This document shows positions 16,396-24,208 of a DNA stretch of 24,208 bases, piece by piece. The notes beneath the pieces are model-generated. The model was not told the DNA's origin. It ran no database searches and worked only from the letters and a program-made list of their open reading frames with translations. Source of the stretch: a virus. Its lineage: Duplodnaviria; Heunggongvirae; Uroviricota; Caudoviricetes. The position numbers and the translations under genes were made by a program. The stretch covers positions 1 to 24,208 of the IMG/VR virus record IMGVR_UViG_2579778956_000001. One strand, written 5' to 3'. Each line of letters begins with the position of its first letter. Within the stretch, counting starts at the first letter, position 1.

Positions 16396-19300
16396 TAACA
16401 ACCTGCGTCTGCGGGTCATTCTTAATGCGGTTGACAAGCTCACCCGCCCATTTCGATCTGCGCAGGCCAGTTCAAGAGAACTGGCTGCTGCTGTCAAAAA
16501 ATCCCGCGATGCAATAAAGCAGCTTGATCAGGCCGGGAGCAGTCTGGACAGCTTCCGAAAGCTGCAGGCAGAAAATCAGAAATTAGGCGACAGGCTGAAC
16601 TATGCCCGCCAGCGTGCAAATTTGCTCAGTCAGGAACTGGGAGCGATGGGGCCGCCTTCGCAACGTCAGGTTGTTGCTCTGGGCCGTCAACGGCTGGCTG
16701 TTCAGCGCCTGGAAGAACGCCAGAAAAAGCTGCAGCAGCAGACGGCGCTTGTGCGTGCTGAACTGTACCGGGCGGGAATTTCTGCGAAAGACGATGCGGG
16801 AGCAACTGCCCGTTTAGCCCGTGAAACATCACGTTATAACCAGGAACTTTCGAAACAGGAGGCGCGGCTGAAGCGACTGGGGGAAGCTCAGCGCAGGATG
16901 AATGCAGCGCGTGCCAGTTATGCCCGTTCGCTGGAGGTGCGTGATCGTATTGCAGGTGCCGGAGCCACCACCACGGCTGCAGGGCTGGCAATGGGTGCGC
17001 CAGTGATGGCGGCAGTAAAAAGCTATACCAGCATGGAAGATGCCATGAAAGGTGTGGCAAAGCAGGTCAATGGTCTGCGTGACGATAATGGCAACCGCAC
17101 TGCACGTTTTTATGAAATGCAGGATGCCATCAAGGCTGCCAGCGAACAGTTGCCGATGGAAAACGGTGCGGTGGACTTCGCTGCACTGGTTGAAGGTGGT
17201 GCGCGCATGAACGTCGCAAACCCTGACGACAGCTGGGAAGATCAGAAACGTGACCTGCTGGCCTTCGCCAGTACGGCAGCAAAGGCGGCAACAGCCTTTG
17301 AGCTGCCAGCGGATGAACTGTCAGAAAGTCTGGGGAAAATCGCCCAGCTCTACAAAATTCCTACCCGCAATATTGAACAGCTCGGTGATGCGCTGAACTA
17401 TCTGGATGATAACGCCATGTCGAAAGGGGCAGACATCATTGATGTCATGCAACGCCTGGGCGGTGTGGCTGATCGTCTGGATTATCGTAAAGCGGCGGCG
17501 CTGGGTTCCACCTTTCTGACACTGGGCGCTGCGCCAGAGGTTGCAGCCAGTGCAGCAAACGCGATGGTGCGTGAATTGTCCATTGCCACCATGCAAAGCA
17601 AGAGTTTCTTTGAAGGGATGAATCTGCTGAAACTCAATCCTGAAGTGATTGAAAAGCAGATGACGAAGGATGCGATGGGAACTATCCAGCGCGTACTGGA
17701 GAAGGTGAACGCACTGCCGCAGGATAAACGTCTGTCTGCCATGACCATGTTGTTTGGTAAAGAGTTTGGCGATGACGCGGCGAAACTGGCAAACAACCTG
17801 CCGGAACTGCAGCGCCAGCTAAAACTGACAGCGGGCAATGATGCGCTCGGCTCCATGCAGAAAGAATCCGACATTAACAAGGACTCACTTTCTGCGCAGT
17901 GGTTGCTGGTCAAAACCGGAGCGCAGAACACCTTCAGCAGCCTGGGCGAAACGCTGCGCCAGCCGCTGATGGATATTCTGTACACGGTGAAAAGCATCAC
18001 GGGGGCGTTGCGCCGCTGGGTGGAAGCTAACCCGGAACTGACAGGCACACTGATGAAAGTAGCCGCTGTGGTGGCTGCGGTTACCGTAGGCCTCGGAACC
18101 TTAGCGGTGGCGCTGGCTGCAGTGCTGGGGCCGCTGGCAGTGATTCATCTGGGATTCTCTGTGCTGGGTATCAAAACGTTACCTTCCGTTACGGCAGCAG
18201 TAACCCGAACCAGCAGCGCGTTGTCCTGGCTGGCTGGCGCACCACTGGCACTGCTGCGACGCGGGCTTGCTTCATCGGGCAACGCCGCAGGTTTACTTAC
18301 TGCGCCGTTGTCGTCTTTGCGCCGCACGGCATTACTGACGGGAAATGTCCTGAAAACTGTAGCAGGTGCGCCGGTTGCACTTTTGCGGTCTGGATTATCC
18401 GGTTTACGTGCTGTTGCTGTGATGTTTATGAATCCTCTGGCGGTACTGCGCGGTGGACTGGCCGCCGCAGGCACGGTGCTGCGAGTACTGGCATCTGGTC
18501 CACTGGCGATGCTGCGCGTTGCCCTGTATGCCGTATCTGGTCTGTTAGGTGCTCTGCTCAGTCCGATAGGTCTTGTGGTTACTGCACTGGCGGGCGTGGC
18601 GCTGGTTGTCTGGAAATACTGGCAACCCATCACCGCATTTCTTGGTGGCGTGGTGGAAGGATTCAAAGCGGCGGCAGGTCCCGTCAGTGAAGCATTCGAA
18701 CCGCTTAAGCCCGTGTTCCAGTGGATTGGCGACAAAGTACAGGCGCTGTGGGGCTGGTTTACTGATCTGCTGACGCCCGTTAAGTCGACCTCTGCCGAAC
18801 TGCAGAGTGCAGCGGCAATGGGGCGACGATTCGGGGAGGCACTGGCGGAAGGGCTAAATATGGTCATGCATCCGCTGGACTCCCTGAAATCCGGCGTTTC
18901 CTGGTTGCTGGAGAAGCTCGGCATTGTCAGTAAAGAGGCCGCAAAGGCAAAACTGCCGGAAAGCGTGACGCGTCAGCAACCTGCGACGGTGAATGCAGAC
19001 GGTAAAGTGATGATGCCATCGGGTGGTTTTCCATCATGGGGATATGGCTTTGCGGGGATGTATGACAGCGGCGGGTATATCCCGCGCGGGCAGTTTGGCA
19101 TCGTCGGTGAAAACGGGCCGGAAATTGTTAACGGCCCGGCAAATGTGACCAGCCGGAGAAATACAGCTGCACTGGCTGCCGTTGTTGCCGGAATGATGGG
19201 AGTTGCTGCCGCGCCAGCAGAGCTTCCACCGTTGCACCCTTTGGCACTTCCCGCGAAAGGTGGAGAAGCAATTGTGAGTCGCGCAGCCACTGTGCCGCTC

Positions 19301-19465
19301 GTTCAACGGATTGAGGCACCGACGCAGATCATCATTCAGACGCAGCCAGGACAAAGTGCGCAGGATATTGCGCGGGAGGTGGCACGCCAGCTTGATGAAC
19401 GTGAACGCAGGCTGAAGGCAAAAGCCAGGAGTAACTACAGCGATCAGGGGGGATACGACGCATGA
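16388..19465 (+). CDS. T: Tail tape measure protein gpT
   Basis: 1025-aa ORF; coiled-coil-rich N-terminal half, Ala/Gly/Leu-rich hydrophobic repeats in the middle. Follows E/E' and precedes U and D. Confidence 0.9.
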   Translation: MSDNNLRLRVILNAVDKLTRPFRSAQASSRELAAAVKKSRDAIKQLDQAGSSLDSFRKLQAENQKLGDRLNYARQRANLLSQELGAMGPPSQRQVVALGRQRLAVQRLEERQKKLQQQTALVRAELYRAGISAKDDAGATARLARETSRYNQELSKQEARLKRLGEAQRRMNAARASYARSLEVRDRIAGAGATTTAAGLAMGAPVMAAVKSYTSMEDAMKGVAKQVNGLRDDNGNRTARFYEMQDAIKAASEQLPMENGAVDFAALVEGGARMNVANPDDSWEDQKRDLLAFASTAAKAATAFELPADELSESLGKIAQLYKIPTRNIEQLGDALNYLDDNAMSKGADIIDVMQRLGGVADRLDYRKAAALGSTFLTLGAAPEVAASAANAMVRELSIATMQSKSFFEGMNLLKLNPEVIEKQMTKDAMGTIQRVLEKVNALPQDKRLSAMTMLFGKEFGDDAAKLANNLPELQRQLKLTAGNDALGSMQKESDINKDSLSAQWLLVKTGAQNTFSSLGETLRQPLMDILYTVKSITGALRRWVEANPELTGTLMKVAAVVAAVTVGLGTLAVALAAVLGPLAVIHLGFSVLGIKTLPSVTAAVTRTSSALSWLAGAPLALLRRGLASSGNAAGLLTAPLSSLRRTALLTGNVLKTVAGAPVALLRSGLSGLRAVAVMFMNPLAVLRGGLAAAGTVLRVLASGPLAMLRVALYAVSGLLGALLSPIGLVVTALAGVALVVWKYWQPITAFLGGVVEGFKAAAGPVSEAFEPLKPVFQWIGDKVQALWGWFTDLLTPVKSTSAELQSAAAMGRRFGEALAEGLNMVMHPLDSLKSGVSWLLEKLGIVSKEAAKAKLPESVTRQQPATVNADGKVMMPSGGFPSWGYGFAGMYDSGGYIPRGQFGIVGENGPEIVNGPANVTSRRNTAALAAVVAGMMGVAAAPAELPPLHPLALPAKGGEAIVSRAATVPLVQRIEAPTQIIIQTQPGQSAQDIAREVARQLDERERRLKAKARSNYSDQGGYDA

Positions 19466-19947
19466 TGATGGTGCTGGGATTGTACGTGTTTATGCTGCGC
19501 ACCGTTCCGTATCAGGAACTGCAGTATCAACGCAGCTGGCGACATGCGGCTAACAGCCGGGTAAATCGTCGTCCGTCCACGCAGTTTCTGGGACCGGACA
19601 ACGACATGCTGACGCTTTCCGGTGTTCTTATGCCGGAGATAACAGGCGGCAGGCTGTCGTTGCTGGCACTGGAGCAGATGGCAGAACAGGGGAAAGCATG
19701 GCCTCTGATTGAAGGCAGCGGCACGATTTACGGCATGTATGTGATTGAGGGACTGAATCAGACTAAAACGGAGTTTTTCCGCGACGGTATGCCGCGCCGG
19801 ATTGAGTTCACCCTGTCGCTCAAACGGGTGGATGAATCCCTGTCCGATATGTTCGGTGATCTCAGTGCGCAGCTGAATAATCTGCAGGGAACGGCAACAT
19901 CAGCCTTAAGCGATATCAGTAAAACGGTGGGAGGGCTTCTGTCGTGA
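19462..19947 (+). CDS. U: Tail protein gpU
   Basis: 161-aa ORF; ATGA overlap with the T stop. Position between T and D as in P2. Confidence 0.8.
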   Translation: MMMVLGLYVFMLRTVPYQELQYQRSWRHAANSRVNRRPSTQFLGPDNDMLTLSGVLMPEITGGRLSLLALEQMAEQGKAWPLIEGSGTIYGMYVIEGLNQTKTEFFRDGMPRRIEFTLSLKRVDESLSDMFGDLSAQLNNLQGTATSALSDISKTVGGLLS

Positions 19948-21044
19948 ATTTCAGCTCTGAACTGCTTAACAAAGGCAACAAAACTCCGGCATTCAGCATC
20001 AGTATTGAAGGCAGAAATATCACCACTGTGCTGGACAACCGCCTGATGGGGCTGACGCTGACGGATAACCGGGGATTTGAAGCGGACCAGCTTGATCTGG
20101 AGCTGGACGACGCCGATGGAAAAATCGTGCTGCCGCGCCGTGGTGCGGTCATTACGCTGGCGCTGGGCTGGAAGGGGCAGCCGCTTTTCCCGAAAGGGGC
20201 ATTCACGGTGGACGAGATTGAACACACTGGCGCACCGGACCGCCTGACTATCCGGGCGCGAAGTGCTGATTTTCGGGAAACCCTGAATACCCGCCGTGAA
20301 AAATCTTGGCACAAGACCACCGTCGGGGAAGTGGTAAAGGAAATAGCCGCGCGTCACAAGCTGAAGATGGCGCTGGGTAAAGACCTGTCGGATAAGCCCG
20401 TGGAACATATAGACCAGACTAATGAGAGTGACGGCAGTTTTCTGATGCGGCTGGCGCGACAGTACGGTGCCATCGCGTCGGTGAAAAATGGCAATCTGCT
20501 ATTCATCCGGCAGGGGCAGGGCAAAAGCGCCACTGGTAAACCACTGCCAGTGATCACTATCACACGCAAGGACGGCGACAGTCACCGCTTTACCCTGGCA
20601 GATCGCGGAGCCTACACGGGCGTAATTGCCAGCTGGTTGCATACCCGCGAACCTGCGAAGAAAGAAAGCACCACGGTGAAGCGTAAGCGCAGAACTAAGA
20701 AGCAGAAGAAAGAGCCAGAAGCGAAGCAGGGCGATTACCTGGTGGGTACGGATGAAAACGTGCTGGTACTTAATCGCACTTATGCCAACCGGAGCAACGC
20801 CGAACGAGCGGCGAAAATGCAGTGGGAACGCCTGCAACGCGGCGTTGCGTCATTCTCGCTACAACTGGCAGAAGGGCGGGCAGATCTCTACACGGAAATG
20901 CCAGTGAAAGTCAGTGGCTTTAAACAGCCGATAGATGATGCGGAATGGACCATTACGACTCTGACGCATACCGTCAGCCCGGATAACGGTTTTACGACCA
21001 GTCTGGAGCTTGAAGTGAGGATTGATGATTTCGAAATGGAATGA
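19944..21044 (+). CDS. D: Tail protein gpD (late control gene D family)
   Basis: 366-aa ORF; GTG start overlapping the U stop (GTGA). Position between U and ogr as in P2. Confidence 0.85.
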   Translation: MNFSSELLNKGNKTPAFSISIEGRNITTVLDNRLMGLTLTDNRGFEADQLDLELDDADGKIVLPRRGAVITLALGWKGQPLFPKGAFTVDEIEHTGAPDRLTIRARSADFRETLNTRREKSWHKTTVGEVVKEIAARHKLKMALGKDLSDKPVEHIDQTNESDGSFLMRLARQYGAIASVKNGNLLFIRQGQGKSATGKPLPVITITRKDGDSHRFTLADRGAYTGVIASWLHTREPAKKESTTVKRKRRTKKQKKEPEAKQGDYLVGTDENVLVLNRTYANRSNAERAAKMQWERLQRGVASFSLQLAEGRADLYTEMPVKVSGFKQPIDDAEWTITTLTHTVSPDNGFTTSLELEVRIDDFEME

Positions 21045-21134
21045 TTCTTCGCAATGGAGAACTTTTAAGTTTGCAAAATGGAATAATACGGTATCATTAT
21101 TGTGAATTTAGCAAAAATGGGGAGAACTCGAAAA

Positions 21135-21353
21135 ATGATGATTTGCCCACTGTGTGGAAGTGCCGCCCATACTCGCAGCAGTTTTCAGGTATCTTCATTG
21201 ACCAAAGAGCGTTACAACCAGTGCCAGAATATTAACTGCAGCCATACTTTTGTAACCCATGAAACTTTTGTTCGTTCGATTGCAACGCCAAAAGAGTCAA
21301 ATCCGGTTCAGCCGCATCCAATGAAATCAGGACAGGTGGCGCTCTCTCTTTGA
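21135..21353 (+). CDS. ogr: Ogr/Delta-family zinc-finger late-gene transcription activator
   Basis: 72-aa product from ATG 21135 (SD GGAGA 21121-21125): MMICPLCGSAAHTRSS...KERYNQCQNINCSHTF..., which has the Ogr C-x2-C...C-x4-C pattern and the same length as P2 Ogr. Last gene before the host junction. Confidence 0.8.
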   Translation: MMICPLCGSAAHTRSSFQVSSLTKERYNQCQNINCSHTFVTHETFVRSIATPKESNPVQPHPMKSGQVALSL

Positions 21354-21433
21354 CGCTGCCGCCATTTTGTCGCCATCGTTAAAAAACAGTGCTTCTAACG
21401 TCATGATTTTAAACGGCATAAATTTCAGGCAAC

Positions 21434-21476
21434 AAAAAACCCATCAACCTTGAACCGAAATGGCGGGGTTGATGGG
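21434..21476 (-). terminator. Putative intrinsic terminator downstream of ybjL (minus-strand sense)
   Basis: Inverted repeat CCCATCAACC (21440-21449) / GGTTGATGGG (21467-21476), preceded on the plus strand by AAAAAA (21434-21439), a U-run on the minus strand. The loop is long (17 nt), so confidence is modest. Confidence 0.4.
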
Positions 21477-21588
21477 CTCCACAAAATGGGGACATCAAAG
21501 AAAAGCAGTGGCACTAATTAAGACTGATGCCCTGCGGAAAAGTTCTGCGGTTGTGCAAAAAAATTTCATTTTCAGGGCAACTTCAGTT

Positions 21589-23274
21589 TTATCCTAATCC
21601 TGGCCATACCATGACGATGATTGTCCCTGCCAGCGTCAGCAGGACGTTGGCGATTGCATAGGTGCCCGCATAGCCCAGCGCCGGGATGTTACTGCGAGCT
21701 GTATCACTGATGATCTCCATTGCCGGCGCGCAGGTACGTGCGCCCATCATTGCGCCGAACAACAGTGCGCGGTTCATTCGCAATACATAAGCACCGAACA
21801 AGAAACAGATAACCACGGGCACCAGACTGACAATCAATCCGGCAATCAACATCTGACCGCCAATCGCGCCCAGGCCGTTATTAATACCGCTACCGGCGCT
21901 CAGACCAACGCCTGCCATAAACACCATCAAGCCGAACTCTTTCACCATGCTTAATGCACCTTGCGGAATGTAACCGAAGGTCGGGTGGTTAGCACGCATA
22001 AAGCCCAGCATAATTCCGGCGAATAACAACCCGGCAGCGTTCCCCATGCCGAAACTGAATGTGCTGAACTGGAAGGTGATCATCCCGATCATCAGCCCAA
22101 TAACAAAGAAGGCGCAAAATGCCAGCAGGTCAGTGACCTGGCTGTGAATCGAGATAAAGCCGATGCGATCGGCGATGGTTTTTACGCGACGGGCATCACC
22201 GCTGACTTGTAAAACGTCACCTTTGTTAAGCACGACGTTGTCATCTATCGGCATCTCAATCTGGCTACGAATGACGCGGTTAAGGAAGCAACCGTGATCG
22301 GTCAACTTCAGTTGTGCGAGACGTTTACCTACAGCGTTATGGTTTTTAACGACCACTTCTTCAGTGACGATACGCATGTCGAGAAGGTCACGATCGAAAA
22401 CTTCTTTACCGTTACGGAAGCTGGGATCGAGTCGGGCATGGGCGTCGGGATAGCCTACCAACGCTATTTCATCGCCCATTTGTAGCACGGCATCACCGTC
22501 TGGATTTGCCAGAATCCCGTTACGTCGAATACGTTCAATGTAGCAGCCGGTTTGTCGATAAATACCCAGTTCACGCAGATTTTTGCCGTCGGTCCAGGCC
22601 ACCAGCTCCGGGCCGACGCGATAGGCGCGGATCACCGGTAAATAAACCTTACGGTTGGCATCAGTGTCCAGGCCACGTTCGCGGGCGATTTGCTGGGCGC
22701 TGGTCTGTAAGTCCTGATGCTGCAATTTCGGCAAGTAACGCGCACCAACAATCAAACTCACCAGACCGATTAAATAGGTTAAGGCATACCCGAGGCTCAG
22801 ATTATCCAGTGCCAGTGAGAGCTGCCTGCTTTCCATGCCGGAATGACGCAGTGTATCGCCAGCACCGACCAGAACCGGTGTCGACGTCATAGAGCCTGCT
22901 AACATACCGGCCGTCAGGCCAATATCCCAGCCAAACAGCTTACCTAACCCTAAGGCGATCACCAGCGCACTGCCAACCATCACCAGTGCTAACATTAGGT
23001 AATTTTTCCCATCGCGAAAAAAAATGGAAAAAAAGTTCGGTCCGGCTTCGACCCCGACGCAGAAAATAAACAGCATAAAGCCAAGATTAAGCGCATCGGT
23101 GTTAATGCTGAAATGTTGTTGGCCTAATAACAGCGATACGACTAAAACGCCAATGGAATTACCCAGTTGGATCGAACCAAGTCGTAACTTTCCGAGACAT
23201 AGCCCAAGCGCGAGGACCACAAATAATAACAGAATGTAATTCCCATTTAACAATTCGGCGACGTTTATATTCAC
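21589..23274 (-). CDS. ybjL: Putative AAE-family transport protein YbjL (host chromosomal gene)
   Basis: 561-aa polytopic membrane protein with central TrkA-C-like soluble domains. N-terminus [38 protein letters not shown] matches E. coli YbjL as I recall. Confidence 0.9.
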
Positions 23275-23543
23275 GGAGGCTAACTTCTTGTTTACTAGTA
23301 AGCTGTTGAAAGAAATGGTAATTTACGATAATGTTTTTTACCAGAATTCAGGGCGCAGATTCATTCAGCGCACCTAAACGATAGTAAAGTAACAATATAT
23401 TTTACTAGTGTAATCACATTAGGTATCAACGGCTATATGAATTGCGTTGGCCTATATTAGCATGGAATGCGAAGCGGCTTTATCTTACTGAACGCCACAC
23501 TGGCGAAAAATGTGTTCGATAGACGCAGTGTCAGGAGGAACGA

Positions 23544-23921
23544 GTGAAACATAAACAACGTTGGGCGGGGGCAATCTGCTGTTTTGTCCTCTTCATTGTG
23601 GTGTGCCTTTTTCTGGCGACGCACATGAAAGGCGCTTTTCGGGCTGCCGGGCATCCTGAAATCGGCTTGCTATTTTTCATTCTTCCTGGAGCAGTGGCCA
23701 GCTTCTTTTCACAGCGTAGAGAAGTCCTGAAACCTCTGTTTGGCGCAATGCTGGCGGCACCCTGTTCGATGCTCATTATGCGGCTGTTTTTTTCACCGAC
23801 GCGCTCATTCTGGCAAGAGCTGGCATGGTTACTAAGCGCGGTGTTCTGGTGTGCGCTGGGGGCACTGTGTTTCTTATTTATCAGTAGTTTGTTTAAACCA
23901 CAGCACAGAAAAAATCAGTAA
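23544..23921 (+). CDS. ybjM: Inner membrane protein YbjM (host gene)
   Basis: 125-aa hydrophobic protein; GTG start behind SD AGGAGG (23533-23538). Conserved neighbour of ybjL and grxA. Confidence 0.85.
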   Translation: MKHKQRWAGAICCFVLFIVVCLFLATHMKGAFRAAGHPEIGLLFFILPGAVASFFSQRREVLKPLFGAMLAAPCSMLIMRLFFSPTRSFWQELAWLLSAVFWCALGALCFLFISSLFKPQHRKNQ

Positions 23922-23940
23922 AGCCCTCAACGCGAGGGCT
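23922..23940. terminator. Bidirectional intrinsic terminator between convergent ybjM and grxA
   Basis: Stem AGCCCTC (23922-23928) / GAGGGCT (23934-23940), loop AACGC; A-run upstream on the plus strand (U-run for the grxA transcript). Confidence 0.55.
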
Positions 23941-23950
23941 TGTCAGACGA

Positions 23951-24208
23951 TCAGGCGTCCAGATTTTCTTTCACCCATGCAGCAAAATCGGTATAGCCGC
24001 CGATATGTTGCTGATCGACAAAAATCTGCGGCACGGTTTCTACGGGTTTACCTGCCTTTTGTTGTAGATCTTCTTTAGTGATCCCTTCCGCACGAATATC
24101 TACATACTGATACTGAAAATCATCGCGTTCATTGCTCAATTTCTCAGCCAGATCTTTTGCACGCACACAGTAAGGGCAACCCGAACGACCAAAAATAACG
24201 GTTTGCAT
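23951..24208 (-). CDS. grxA: Glutaredoxin 1
   Basis: 85-aa ORF MQTVIFGRSGCPYCVRAKDLAEKL... with the CPYC active site. Start codon lies at the very end of the window (24206-24208). Confidence 0.9.
   Translation of the reverse strand: MQTVIFGRSGCPYCVRAKDLAEKLSNERDDFQYQYVDIRAEGITKEDLQQKAGKPVETVPQIFVDQQHIGGYTDFAAWVKENLDA

Noticed and set aside
16626-19354. Minus-strand ORFs inside the tape-measure gene (16626..17060, 17482..18048, 18145..18924, 18973..19354)
   Set aside because: Pro/Ala/Ser-rich low-complexity translations characteristic of the antisense frame of a GC-rich gene; no start signals.
1-24208. CRISPR arrays, rRNA genes or tRNA genes (including a tRNA integration target)
   Set aside because: No regularly spaced direct repeats were seen, no region free of ORFs is long enough for rRNA, and no tRNA gene was noticed by eye in the intergenic regions, including the junction at 21354-21588.

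Overview
This window covers almost all of a P2/186-family (peduovirus-like) prophage, read left to right as int ... ogr, followed by enterobacterial core genes (ybjL, ybjM, grxA; E. coli-like). All calls rest on reading the ORF translations and the DNA by eye; no database search was run. The prophage has a 186-type immunity region (CI, Apl/Cox-like, CII), an early operon with a TraR/DksA zinc-finger protein, a Dam-like methyltransferase and the gpA rolling-circle replication protein, then portal Q and terminase P on the minus strand. It appears defective: the scaffold gene O runs directly into a 5'-truncated tail-tube (FII) gene, so major capsid, small terminase, lysis, baseplate, fibre and sheath genes are missing, while E/E' (with the slippery site), tape measure T, U, D and ogr remain. 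Two AT-rich cargo insertions are the interesting part. (1) Between gpA and Q, the classical P2 tin/old position, sit a LexA-box-controlled small ORF, a 389-aa protein with an R-N-x3-H HEPN-like motif, and a 416-aa P-loop NTPase; I could not assign these to any named defence system, and they are the best candidate for an undescribed anti-phage module. (2) Between cI and int sits a membrane-anchored coiled-coil protein with DUF4041 and T5orf172 (GIY-YIG-like) domains, apparently co-transcribed with the repressor. No rRNA or CRISPR array was seen, and no tRNA gene was noticed.
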